Source: Octopus bimaculoides (taxonomy: Eukaryota). Taken from it: DNA of 52,806 bases. The DNA lies in contig NC_068986.1 of NCBI RefSeq assembly GCF_001194135.2, positions 87,147,047 through 87,199,852 of the forward strand, read 5' to 3'. The notes beneath the pieces are model-generated. The model was given only the letters and a program-made list of their open reading frames with translations. It was not told the origin of the DNA and did no database searches. Below, in pieces: positions 10,845 to 24,109 of this stretch; the stretch's first letter is position 1, and the number at the start of each line of letters is the position of its first letter. Position numbers and translations under genes: made by a program.

Positions 10845-11126
10845 AGAGGAAGAATAAGAATAAGAAGAAGAAGAAGAAGAAGAAGCAGAAGAAGAAGATG
10901 ATGAAGAAGAAAAAGATGATGATGAAGAAGAAGAAGAAGAAGAAGAAGAAGAAGAAGAAGATGAAGAAGAAGAAGATGATGATGATGAAGAAGAAGAAGA
11001 AGAAGAAGAAGAAGAAGAAGATGATGATGAAGAAGAAGATGATGATGATGATGATGAAGAAGAAGAAGAAGAAGAAGATGATGAAGAAGAAGAAGAAGAG
11101 GAAGAAGAAGAAGAATGATAACGATA

Positions 11127-11157
<31 letters not shown>

Positions 11158-11249
11158 TGATGATGTTGATGATGTTGATGATGATGATGATGATGATGAT
11201 GTTGATGATGATGATGATGATGATGATGATGTTGATGATGATGATGATA

Positions 11250-11281
<32 letters not shown>

Positions 11282-11295
11282 GGTGGTAGTGGTGG

Positions 11296-11326
<31 letters not shown>

Positions 11327-11330
11327 AATA
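10628..11330. repeat. ~700-bp compound trinucleotide microsatellite (AAT, GAT, AAG, GAC, GTT, GGT)
   Basis: Read directly. It explains the poly-N/K/D/M/L ORFs in the track. Confidence 0.97.
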
Positions 11331-11994
11331 CTAAAAACTAATATCCACGAAGGAAACGAAGTGATGTTGTGGAAACATATCATTCATTTATCAAGTGATA
11401 GTTTGGTTATCTCTAGCATTTCATTTATTTGTTAATAAATAAATAACTCATAAGATTGCATTTAATTATATTGGTCACGAACATTCAGAGATATACATAG
11501 CTACATAATTACAATTTAAATAGATAATGAGCGCTTGCACATATCAGATCGTAATTACATTAATATTTCCATATATATGTATATATATATNNNNNNNNNN
11601 NNNNNNNNNNNNNNNNNNNNNNNNNNNNNNNNNNNNNNNNNNNNNNNNNNNNNNNNNNNNNNNNNNNNNNNNNNNNNNNNNNNNNNNNNNNNNNNNNNNN
11701 NNNNNNNNNNNNNNNNNNNNNNNNNNNNNNNNNNNNNNNNNNNNNNNNNNNNNNNNNNNNNNNNNNNNNNNNNNNNNNNNNNNNNNNNNNNNNNNNNNNN
11801 NNNNNNNNNNNNNNNNNNNNNNNNNNNNNNNNNNNNNNNNNNNNNNNNNNNNNNNNNNNNNNNNNNNNNNNNNNNNNNNNNNNNNNNNNNNNNNNNNNNN
11901 NNNNNNNNNNNNNNNNNNNNNNNNNNNNNNNNNNNNNNNNNNNNNNNNNNNNNNNNNNNNNNNNNNNNNNNNNNNNNNNNATATATATATATAT

Positions 11995-12033
<39 letters not shown>

Positions 12034-12993
12034 CATACATACATACATACATACATGCATGCATACATACATACATACATACATACATACATTCATACAT
12101 ACATACATACACACGCACACACACACACTAACAAGCAGAGACGCACAGACACGTATATGCATATACACTCATGCGCGTATATAGGGTGGATAATCTCAGT
12201 GGAAAAGATTAGTTATGTTGAAGGTAGACAGTTGGCCATGAGGCACATGTGCGGCATCGGCAGCACCACCAAACATGCATCACATAGCACGTACAGATAT
12301 GTATTCGATGCGCCACCAAACACTAGAAGCCAGAAAGACGCTCACAGGGCCATGATGCGAGGGTCGCATTGCGCACCAACCTCGCATGCACCGGCAAACA
12401 GGAACAAGAGTACGAAGGAATGGACAAATTTGACAGATATCTTAAGCTTTGTCGCTAAGAGTTATGACTTACTCATCAACATACCACTTCACATGGAATT
12501 ATCTAAAAATCATTACAAAGAAAGTAGTAATCGTTACAAACGGTTTCATATCAAAGATAATATTGGCTTGACCTATCACGTTTATTTTCTAAGTGTTACT
12601 CTTGTTCATAGCTGTTTTAGCCATCTAAAATTCACAATTCTATATGCAACTGCTTGCTAGTCTCAAATCACACTCATTCATCATGCTGGTTATTTCTATA
12701 TTCGACAAGCATTATTTCTAAATACCTGTTAATCATATGCTGGATTCGTACGTTCTTTTGGCAGACTGTTTTTTGTGTTCTTTTGTTTTTTCAAACTGCG
12801 TTTTAACCAGCTATCTTCAGCAGGCTAGTTGCCGTTTCTGCAATTGACAACCCGACTTCATGTAAAGATTTAAGGTCTCTGCTCGTCCTTCCGTTACTGA
12901 ACTATATGAAATTAAAATTGTAAAAAGCTTTTAGAAAAATCTACTTGGATATTTCCATGAATGAAATGTGTATCAATACATTAACATAAGTAA

Positions 12994-13200
12994 GGCAAAA
13001 TCGTTACCGGGCCGGACAAAATGCGTAATAGTATCTCTTTCGGCTTTATGTTCTGAGTTCAACTTCCGCCGAGGTTGACTTTGTATTTCCTCTCTTTGGA
13101 GTCGATGAAATAAACACCAGTTGATCACTGGGGTCGATGTAATCGGCTTAACCACTTCCCCGAAATTGTTGACATTTTGGCAAAATTTGGAACCAATATT
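12994..13200 (+). mobile_element. SINE family B (tail variant 2)
   Basis: GGCAAAATCGTTA...TTCTGAGTTCAACTTCCGCCGAGGTTGACTTTG...GGGGTCGATGTAATCG...GGCAAAATTTGGAACCAATATT. Confidence 0.82.
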
Positions 13201-13258
13201 TTAACAGCCATTTGAAGTGTTGAACTAAAACCTTCAGTAAGCATCTTCTTCCAGCCCT

Positions 13259-13310
13259 TTGATACATTTCGTGGGCATTGATACCTTTCGAGGGCATTGA
13301 TATCTTTCGT
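13259..13310. repeat. 19-bp tandem repeat, ~2.7 units
   Basis: TTGATACATTTCGTGGGCA / TTGATACCTTTCGAGGGCA / TTGATATCTTTCGT. Confidence 0.85.
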
Positions 13311-13869
13311 TACAGTTACGTCCGGATTTATCCGCTGCTATCTAAACAGAAGTCGGTGAATGAACTGAATTGATGAGATAGACAGATAAATAGCTAGCTA
13401 GCTAGATAGATAGATAGATAGACTACAGATAANNNNNNNNNNNNNNNNNNNNNNNNNNNNNNNNNNNNNNNNNNNNNNNNNNNNNNNNNNNNNNNNNNNN
13501 NNNNNNNNNNNNNNNNNNNNNNNNNNNNNNNNNNNNNNNNNNNNNNNNNNNATATATATATATATATATACTGTATGCATAGATATACGCATGTGTATAT
13601 AAATTAGCGTGTCTGTGTATAGATATACTAACCTGAAATCTAGATCAATTTACCCTTAATCTAAAACCCTAACCGTAAATCCTAATTTTATACCTATAAC
13701 TAGTTATCAACCTTAGTAGAGTTTGATATAATTTCTAAGAGAAGCACATAACACTTAACAATGAAATCACCATGCCTTTTTTTGTTTTGGTCTTCATGAG
13801 GTGCAGAAAAAAGAGAGCAAACAGCTGATGGATATATTTAAACTGTTGTGTGGTAAAAGAGACTATAAT

Positions 13870-14046
13870 TGAGTGGTTTTCCATTCCTTGGTTAGTCCAC
13901 ATTACTCTGTAAGAAACACGAGGTCGGTTTCCCGGTTTCTCTGGTATATAACATTCCACCCTAAGTGGACTGGAGGAACGTGAAATTGAGACCACAAACT
14001 TATGGTCATAAGAGCAACACCCCTAACTACTAAGATATGCTCCTCC
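13870..14046 (-). mobile_element. degenerate tRNA-headed SINE-like element (family D)
   Basis: Minus strand GGAGGAGCATATCTTAGTAGTTAGGGGTGTTGCTCTTATGACCATAAG resembles the family C head. It is followed by a different body containing CCAGAGAAACCGGGAAACCGACC. Confidence 0.45.
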
Positions 14047-14979
14047 AAAAGGTAGCTAACGAATTTTATTAACTATCATTTTAAGCTGAAAACACACATA
14101 ATATATGAATCCTAGCATTTCCTGCAGTAAATTTGGTGAAAGGTCAGAAGAATGGTAAATTATAGGTAGATGAATGAAGCAAAATTTCAGATTTCCCGGA
14201 AGATTGGTGTTTTGGTGTTGAGATGGAACGTGGATCAATGGGGGAGTGATTATTTTGAAATACCACTCAGAGGGAGTGGACTGCCTCTAACAATAATGGT
14301 AACATCTGATATACAAACATGTATATATATATGTAAATATATATATATAAAGCTGTGTACATATATATAAAAATAATTAATGGTAATGTTGCACAACTTC
14401 GTACTATTCCTTATAATTATTATTGTTGATATTATATACTCCAGGAAATCTATATGGTTAAGGTGATATATTCAGAATAACCCAACGGAATATATCTTTA
14501 AATATTTATCGTATAAGAATATTATTCGATTTATATATTAACTGATGAATAACCTATTTTGAATATATATANNNNNNNNNNNNNNNNNNNNNNNNNNNNN
14601 NNNNNNNNNNNNNNNNNNNNNNNNNNNNNNNNNNNNNNNNNNNNNNNNNNNNNNNNNNNNNNNNNNNNNNNNNNNNNNNNNNNNNNNNNNNNNNNNNNNN
14701 NNNNNNNNNNNNNNNNNNNNNNNNNNNNNNNNNNTATATGCATATATCCATACATATATATACATACCTAGATTTATATGTATACATAGATGCATTTATG
14801 GGTACAGGACATCAAAACAACTTTAAACACAATGAGAAACGAAAACATAAAAAACGAAAACAGAAAACAAACATTTTTCGAACAACAAACAGAACAAAAC
14901 AGAGAAACGAGACATGCAACATAAAGAGTATACCCCTTCGTCAGTTGTCGTGTTCCATCTACTCCACGTTTCAAAGGCA

Positions 14980-15018
<39 letters not shown>

Positions 15019-16235
15019 GTGTGTGTGCGTGTGTGTGTGCGTGTGTGTGTGTATACACGCACGCACACGCGCGCGCACACACGTACACAAACACACGTAC
15101 ACAAACACACACACACACAAACACACACACAAACACACACACACAAACACTCACACAAACACTCACACAAACTCACGTGCATATGCATGTTTGTCTATGT
15201 GTGCATGTGTTATTGCGGATATAACAGCGTTGCATCTATTCTGCAAAATTTTGAATTGCATTTTGGTTATGCATATGTGTGTGTGCTTGTGTGTGTTTGT
15301 GTGTGTTTGTATGTGAGGGTACGAACCATTTATTGTCATTGTCCTTAATATGTTTACATTTATATCAGCCTAGTGGCCCAAAAAGCAAAAGAATAGTAAA
15401 AAGGAAAAGCAGTATGCTGTGATGATGACGACGATGATGATGCTAACCATCATCATCATCATCATCATCATCATGCCCACCACCACCATCATGCAGCAGC
15501 ATTGTCGTTTGTTATTGATTTCAGAATACCGTTTCTGCCTTTGACGTTCGTGGTATTGATATTTTTTATCAACTTTAATATTAAATATTTTATATTTGAC
15601 ATACACACATTTCATATTTAATACATTACAAATTTTGCACACATACATACTCACACACACAAACACCCACACACACAAACGCACATAAACACACGCATAT
15701 ACGTATTATATATAATATTTGTATATACATATATGTATGTGCGTGGGGGGGGTGTAAATCAATACGTTATATGACATGACTCCACCTAAAATATTAATAT
15801 ACAAGGCCTTGAAAGGTTTGTGACTTCTATCATGGAGGTTTTAGACTGGCAACATATGGACGAAGTTATTTGGCAACATATTGACGAGGTTAGACAGGCC
15901 GAGGGAAGCAGAAAAGACTGTAAAATGCATTAAAAAGCTGGAACATACCAAAATGTTAGAGAGTGAACGACATTTTGTTGGGAACATGTTCCGTAGAGTG
16001 TATTTTATAGAAATATACTATCATTTACAGATACCTTCTAATGTAGACTTTTATTATGTTGGAAAAAAAAAGTCCTTCGTCAAATGTTCGTGGTAAAAAC
16101 CTAAACGACAAGTCTTGTCGAACTTGTTAGTAGAGGACTGGAAAGCGCGCAAGAAACTGGACGATGGCATTCGAGTACATTTGACATGATACAATATCAG
16201 TTTATACTAACGAAGATATTACTGTACACACACGT

Positions 16236-16266
<31 letters not shown>

Positions 16267-16277
16267 CGCACACACAT

Positions 16278-16310
16278 GCAGGGGTGATTGTGTGGTAAGA
16301 AGCTTGCTTC
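16278..16310 (+). mobile_element. SINE family A head, left part (interrupted)
   Basis: GCAGGGGTGATTGTGTGGTAAGAAGCTTGCTTC matches the first ~35 nt of the family A head. The element resumes at 17960. Confidence 0.75.
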
Positions 16311-17959
16311 CAGTTTACCGTGATTCATTTGTTTGTTGGATTTGAGTGAGATAGACGTGTTTGATAGGCGGTGCGACGTTTTTACTCCTGTGTGATTGGG
16401 GTGCGTCAGGTGAGGAGCTCCGAGGGTTTGAGTTGTTCTGTAGTAAACGTTGTGGTGGTGGTGGAGTGCCTCAAGAAGGTGGAGAGGGCTGTGGAGGATG
16501 GAAGTGATGCTGCAGCTACAGAGGAAAAGGGCGAGGACATAGTGCTGGAGGATGTGGGCAAGTGTAGGGGAATGTTGAGAAGAGAAGGAAAAGAAGTGAA
16601 GGTGTTCCCAACACCGAAGAAGTCTTAAAGAAAACAGCAGAAAAACGGTAGTTTATAGGACGTACTCGGTGGCAACTGGAAAAACTGAGAATATGTTCAC
16701 AGTACAGATAGAAAGGTGTTAAGACCAGTCTGACAAGGGATTTCGTACCTTGCCAGAGGTAAAAAAATTTGGAAGGATGGAGGTACAGTTTGAAAGGTTA
16801 GCTACCGCCAGGTTGCACACGGCAACACCACTATAAACGAATGAAGGATTTCTTCTACCCGTATTTCTTCTACCTTGGGAGACGTGCTTCCAGGGTTAGG
16901 GTGGGAGAAATACCCCCAGAGGTGTAGTAGCCTGGCTGGTGGCTGCTATACTACTTGGAATGGAGGAAAAGATGGTGGTCCTACAGGTCACCAGAATACC
17001 TCATAGGAACTGGAAGGAACAAAAACCATTGACATGGTGGTGCAAATCGCAGAGGAGGACATCGAAAAAATGGTCGAAAGTAACACAGTGGGAGAGACGA
17101 TTTTAAAGGTCAGAGTTGAAAGGAGGATTCCGCGATGTTTTAAATGTTGCCAGAAAGGCCACATTAGAGCGGAGTGTCCTCCATCACTAGAAAGGACAAG
17201 GAGAGACAGTAGGAAAAAGTGGTTGGTGCTACACTACCTGTAGAGGAAGAAATAAGTGAGATGGAACCACAGAAGACAGGTACCAGTGTTGAGGGGGAGG
17301 AATCAAATACCAGCTGTGAAATTGTGGAAAAGAAGAGCAGGAAGAGCAGGAAGAGGACACACGTGGTGAATGGTGAAGGGTGACCCCAACCCACACCCAC
17401 TTTACCCCAACCACCCCTACAGACACCAGCCTTCTCCATGCCCCACTTGACTTGAAGACAAACACAAGCACACAGGAGCCCCAAATTTCCCCACCCTTGC
17501 TCTTGAAAAACATTATATTGTACAATGGAGAAAACGAAGAACTGTATGACAATGCTTTAAAAGTGGATGTATCAGGAGTGTAGTAAATTCGTTTTGTAGT
17601 GGCAGATCCTGAATATGCGTCGGAATTGAAGAACTAAGAGGTAAATCAAGTCTATAAGTGGTGTGTCAAGACATTGAACACAATGTCGAAACAAGTACGT
17701 TTTCAGGATATTTAAAAAAAACATAATGTAGACATTCTTAAAAAAAATGGTAATTAGCTGTCGCTAAAAAGAAAAGGAACAAGGCATTATAAACTAGTTA
17801 AAACAAAAAAAGTTTGTATTAACAGGTTCAATGAAGTCGCTCGGAGGTGGGGCCAAAGGGTTTCATTTCATCTTTCATTATATAAATTAATTCCGTTTAT
17901 TGGCTTTGTTTTGTTTTGTCCCCTGTATGTAAGTCTTTCATTGACAATTTCATAAAATA
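16311..17959 (+). mobile_element. L1/Tx1-like non-LTR retrotransposon derivative, ORF1 remnant only, with target-site duplication
   Basis: Frameshifted ORF1-like protein ...YLGRRASRVRVGEIPPEV...MVVQIAEEDIEK...RRIPRCFKCCQKGHIRAECP, containing a CX2CX4HX4C zinc knuckle. The 3' end is A-rich (CATAAAATAAA). Flanked by AAGAAGCTTGCTTC (16297-16310) and AAGGAGCTTGCTTC (17960-17973). Clade assignment is an inference. Confidence 0.75.
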
Positions 17960-18100
17960 AAGGAGCTTGCTTCTCGACCTCATGGTTCCGGGTTCAGTCC
18001 TAGTGCGTGGCACATTGGGCAAGTGTCTTCTACTATAGCCTCGGCCGACCAAATCCTCGTGAGTGGATTTAGCAGACTGAAACTGAAAAAGGCTGATGTA
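17960..18100 (+). mobile_element. SINE family A head and CORE block, right part (interrupted)
   Basis: AGCTTGCTTC...CATGGTTCCGGGTTCAGTCC...GCGTGGCACATTGGGCAAGTGTCTTCTACTATAGCCTCGGCCGACC. Confidence 0.88.
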
Positions 18101-18163
18101 TGCACACACACACACATACATATACATGAGAATCCATTCTACATACACACACACACACACACA

Positions 18164-18212
<49 letters not shown>

Positions 18213-18591
18213 CATTAAAAATGAAGTTCAATCGCACAATGCGAGAAGACCTTGAAAGATAAGGAGGTCCCCTGAAATGTGAATACGAACGGAATAAAAC
18301 AAGTTTCACGTAAATTAGACCAGTAGTTATTGAGATATACGGGGTTTTGGGGGTAGAAAAACCCAAAACGGTGCATAATGGGAAAATACTCTGAAAATAA
18401 CTTAACCCCGAAAGGGAACGAACTCTAACTCTCCATTAGACACATTATGACGGGCAAAATACTTTAAAGTGAAAATTATTTTAAAAGTACGGTTAATATT
18501 TCATAAAAGTCCCGTTCGTAACCTCTGTGTGAATTAGTTTCTTTTTCCATAGGATTCTTTTCAGTGCTTTCAACGTATCTCACCTCGAAAT

Positions 18592-18700
18592 ATTTGGCTG
18601 CTATTTCTAGCATGCCCTGTTACCACGTAACAGCTTTTTGCTATAAAAGATCCGAAATATGTTATACGGTAGCAGGGCATGCAAAAAATAGCAGCCAAAT
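18592..18700. repeat. inverted repeat / MITE-like hairpin
   Basis: 33-bp arms at 18592-18624 and 18668-18700 with 3 mismatches and a 43-bp spacer. Confidence 0.85.
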
Positions 18701-19342
18701 CCTTCCTTTTCTGTGGAAAGGAGCCGTTTACGCGTGATGTCGATGTCACATTCGTTCAAAGCATGCGAAATAACATGGAAAAGGAAGAAAAAAACACGAA
18801 TTAAACTTCGTTGCTAAGAAACTCAGACTTTGCTGGTGAGTCAACGGATCACGAGTAGTCTAGTATATATACATTTATATATATATAAATACATACATAC
18901 ACACACATATACGCGCGCACAAACACATATACATACAAGGGAATGAACAAATAAACAGAAGTAGCGCTCAACACCTATAGATGGAGTAGTATTTATGGAG
19001 TTATATGTTGACTTAGTACCTCAATTTATGTAAGTTTTGTGGATGTGAAAACATGACCAGCTCCTTATACTTTGCGAGTACACGCACACGCGCACACACA
19101 CACACACATACGTACACACATAATAGATGCAAACGGGTGCAGTTGCTGATGTAGAGACCAATATATACGCAGACAGATATAGCAATACTCGGTGAATAAT
19201 GAAGTCCTTTTAAACAAGAAAACATTGAGATTAAAATTATAAAGAAAAGAAGAAAAATATAGTGGGTATTGCATGATAATTACAGAATTAATTACAGAAA
19301 TATTAGAAAATTATCGAACCTGACTACTTCCTGAAAGATATA

Positions 19343-19915
19343 CACAGACATGCAGGAAGTAAATAGACACCGTTAATTTTCAAAATATTTTGATATTAGT
19401 TAGTTAAAGAGAGATTTTCTTCTAGCTGCTCGTCCATAATACCCAAGCTTATGCAGATATATAACACACGTTCTTGGACTAACTTCTAGCTGTTTTGCAA
19501 TGCCAGAAGCCTTCGAACGGGGTTCGTTTTCCACAATTCTCTTCAAACAGCGAAGCTTCCTTTCCGAGGGTCCAGGTCGGCTGGGATAAGAATCTGTTCA
19601 ATCTTTTCCGTAGCATTTGAATTGCACTATAATTCTATTAACAGTAGCAAGAGGAATTTGAAGATTTTCGGCAATTTTTCGCTGGCTAAGACCCGCCTCA
19701 GATTGCCCAACAATACGACCTCTTTGAAAATTTGACAGTTTTCCTGAATTTTTTGTGCGTGGCATGGTTACTCTTCGCAAATGCTTAATATAATGGCACC
19801 TGGAATGAAAAAGAAGAATTACATTGTAAATTTTACACCACTGAAAACATATTAAGACGCTTAGATCAGACATTTTGAAAATTAAAGGTGTCTATGTATT
19901 TTCTGCACACCACAC
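19343..19915 (-). mobile_element. Tc1-like DNA transposon, internally deleted
   Basis: TIR cores at 19351-19386 and 19872-19907 (36 bp, 4 mismatches). Minus-strand transposase N-terminus [46 protein letters not shown], continuing after a frameshift as ...KLGYYGRAARRK. No DDE domain. Confidence 0.88.
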
Positions 19916-20407
19916 CACACAGCTATACACTGGTAAAGAGGTATAGAGTAATATAGATTTAAAATTGTGTGAAGCGTGCAGGAGGATTGAAATTAGCGAA
20001 AGAAGTTTTTTTTTGCGGGGGGGGGGGACTTTTCAGTAGAAGTAGAGGAAAAAGTAATGATGGCTTCGAGATCAATATGTATGTTCACATGCATTTATGA
20101 ATATGTATATGCATTGCATTTGCATGCATAGATGTATAAGTATATATATATAAGGGTGTGTTTCAGAGAAAGAGAGAGAGAAATATATATATATAGAGAG
20201 AGAGAGAAATATATATAGAGAGAGAGAGAGAACGGTAGGGTTATATGTAATGAATAGCAGAAACAGAAACTAATACTAGCAGTAAAGTATAAATATTTTA
20301 ACCCAGTCAGCCATGACTGAAGAAACCTGTTACATTTACATGTGGAAACTGGTAGTTTCGGCCTACAAATATGCATATATGCATGCATGTACACATACAT
20401 ATATATG

Positions 20408-20542
<135 letters not shown>

Positions 20543-21353
20543 GTATATATATACGAGCACAGATACTTATACGTATACGAACAAATACATGTAGGTGTGT
20601 TTTTTGTGTGATTTAGAGGCATGGGGGGAATCTTAGGTGCAACGTACCTAAAGACAGCAAGAAAATAGACTTCAAGAAAATTTACGCCGCAAACGAAAAA
20701 CAAGAAACACGAAAGAAAGAAAGAAACACCACAACAATCTATAAAATAGGTTAATACACCAGATAAGTCAAAGAAGACGTTTGAAAACTAAAATTTCCAT
20801 AAATGCTGTTAAAAGTCACAGCATTGCTTTTGATTCTGTTTAAGCAGTGCATAATTTTTAATGTTGATTTCATTTGAGATTCTATTTATGTTTCCATAGC
20901 AAACAAAGACAGCTCTATTATTTCTATCTATCTGACCATTTCTTTATTTTATTCTTTATCTATTTTAAATAAATACTGGTTTCCAAACACCTATAATTTA
21001 TAATGATTTGTAGCCATATATATATATTTTTTTTTATTGTGCTTTGTTCTTAAGAAATAAATTACTATAAGTTTTGATTTAATTCTCTGCCATAGACTGT
21101 CAGATTTTTTCTCTTTGTCTTTCTGTATATCTATCTGTGTCTTTGTCTCCTGCTGCTTTCACTCTCTTTCTCACTCTCTATTTATTTCTCTATGTATCTA
21201 CGTTTCTCTCTCTCTCTCTCTCTCTCACCCTACATCTCTATAATTCTCTTCTCTTACTTTACATTGATGTCTCTCCACTTTCAAATATTTTCTTGCTCTG
21301 GCTTTATGTTAGTTGTCATCTACTCACACACACGCACACACACACACGCACAC

Positions 21354-21390
<37 letters not shown>

Positions 21391-21668
21391 TGTAAGCACA
21401 TATTCACATACATGCACACAACGCAAAATCATTCTCTCGTTCTCCCGTTCTATATCTCTCTATTTCTATCTCCCTTGTAACTACACACACACACATATAT
21501 ATACACCCGCAATTATGGCCATTGAATCAGACATATTTATGTATATAGCTTTAAAATCCAAGACTCTTTCTATATACGTATTTACTATCCTACCAACTGT
21601 TGTAAATAAGTACATATGGGTGTATAATATTTTGCACGTATATTTATATACATATATACATACCTATA

Positions 21669-21793
<125 letters not shown>

Positions 21794-21974
21794 ATGTACA
21801 TATACATACGCAGAAAGCACAAACACAGAGTCAGTTATAAAGGTGTAGGTGGAATGGATTTCATTGTAACATTACCTATAAACACAGCACATATATATAT
21901 TGTTAGGGGTCAAAACTCACACCCGTAATCACACTCATAAACATATATAAATACAATATACACACATGTATATG

Positions 21975-22013
<39 letters not shown>

Positions 22014-22020
22014 AATATAT

Positions 22021-22069
<49 letters not shown>

Positions 22070-22271
22070 CGTTTACAGTCTCTGTGTCTTTGTGCTTGTC
22101 TGTGTATGTATATATATGTATGTATATATATATTATATACACGCACATACGTATACACACATACTTACTTAAAACTTATGTGTAAATGAGAATGTATGTT
22201 TATGTAAACGACTGAGCTATATAGGCATACATACACGCGCTCTCGTACACACGCCCACAGAGGCACACATA

Positions 22272-22308
<37 letters not shown>

Positions 22309-23732
22309 TCACACATTTATACACACAATGGTGTTTATACATAACGACGTAAATAGATGATTTATGTCAGTTGAAACAAATATCGACCAGACAATGAATA
22401 AAGTTGAATGTGAGAAATATATTTGCCGGCGTGTGTCAGCTGATGTCTGTATATATAGCATACACATTGTGTACACAATGCATACTCTCATATTTATACC
22501 CGTAAACGAATATATCAATAGTGTGTTTTGATATATGGTCAACATAAAGATTTGAGACATGTTACCTTAGACAAAGAGATTTAATCGCTGCAAAGCCATG
22601 TTACTTCCATTTCCCTAGGTGTGTTTTGTTGTGGATATTTATTTAATGCTAGTTGTGTGATTCTGTATTTATTTCTATGTGTTCCTATCCAATAATAGTA
22701 ATAATAATAATGATAATAATAATAATAATAATAATAATAAATTCTGGCCATGCATGCACACTTATAAACATTCACTTAAGCACCTACGCACACGCACGCA
22801 CACGCACACACACACACACATACACACAGACATATATATATATATATANNNNNNNNNNNNNNNNNNNNNNNNNNNNNNNNNNNNNNNNNNNNNNNNNNNN
22901 NNNNNNNNNNNNNNNNNNNNNNNNNNNNNNNNNNNNNNNNNNNNNNNNNNNNNNNNNNNNNNNNNNNNNNNNNNNNNNNNNNNNNNNNNNNNNNNNNNNN
23001 NNNNNNNNNNNNNNNNNNNNNNNNNNNNNNNNNNNNNNNNNNNNNNNNNNNNNNNNNNNNNNNNNNNNNNNNNNNNNNNNNNNNNNATATATACATATAT
23101 GCATACATATGTGCGTGTGTGTGTGTGTGTGTGTGCACGTTCATATTCATATTTGTATAAATCATACGCATCCACATACACGCATGCTGCCATACATATT
23201 TGTACGTATACAAGTAAGTATATATACATGCATATAAAGTTTATACAAGCATACATATACAAATATATATGAATTTATATATAATTATCTACGAGTGAGT
23301 GTGTCTGCGTGTGTGTACCAGTGTATGTATATGTAAGCATGTGTGCATCTGTTTGGTTTAGTCGTTTACATTTAAATATATTCGACTTTTTCCACCCCAG
23401 GAGAATTTTATCCCAGTTGTCTACTCGCTGTCATATATAGCTTTATCTACCTCGAGTTTCACAACTTATCTAGCTCATGTTTACACACAAGCGCGCGCGC
23501 CACGCGTTATAAAGATTCATTGGGAATCACTACACATTAACAGGTAAGGCGCCAGAAAATGTTCAGGTGCAAACATAGTACTCTCGATGAAATAAAACAC
23601 CATTGTTGGCAGGACACTGTAAATAAGCAAACACCAAATCCAGTTATTAACCATCAATGCGACTCATCAGTTGACCCTCGTCGTGCCGTGCCATTCCTGT
23701 TTACTATTTTATATTCTTCTCGTATATATGTT

Positions 23733-24096
23733 GGCACTCCGTCGCTTACGACATCGAAGGTTCCAGTTGATCCGATCAACGGAACAGCCTACTCGTGAAA
23801 TTAACGTGCAAGTGGCTGAGTACTCCACAGAAACGTGTACCCTCAGCGTAATTCTCGGGGAGATTCAGCGTGACACAGTGTTACAAGGTTGACCCTTTGA
23901 ATTACAAGTACAACAGAAACAGTAAGTAAGAGTAAGAGAAAGTTGTGGTGAAAGAGTACAGCAGGGTTCGCCACCATCCCTTGTCGGAGCCTCGTGGAGT
24001 TTAAGGTATTTTCGCTCAATAAACACGCACAACGCCCGGTCTGGGAATCGATACCGCGAGTCCGCTGCCCTAACCACTGGGCTATTGTGCCTCCAC
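23733..24096 (-). mobile_element. tRNA-derived SINE, family C, near full length
   Basis: Minus head GTGGAGGCACAATAGCCCAGTGGTTAGGGCAGCGGACTCGCGG with box-B-like TCGATTCCC. The 3' part is shared with 250-387. Confidence 0.85.
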
Positions 24097-24109
24097 TCTC
24101 ATATATATA

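Noticed and set aside
10520-11435. Poly-K/D/N/L/M ORFs as a real low-complexity protein
   Set aside because: Pure trinucleotide repeat with no splice signals or domain.
12765-12825. CTGAAGA...GAAA hammerhead-like motif on the minus strand
   Set aside because: No UH cleavage site or stem I partner follows GAAA.
14191-14298. 108-nt plus-strand exon candidate (ISRKIGVLVLRWNVDQWGSDYFEIPLRGSGLPLTIM)
   Set aside because: The acceptor lacks a pyrimidine tract and there is no homology. Such signal pairs are expected by chance in 50 kb.
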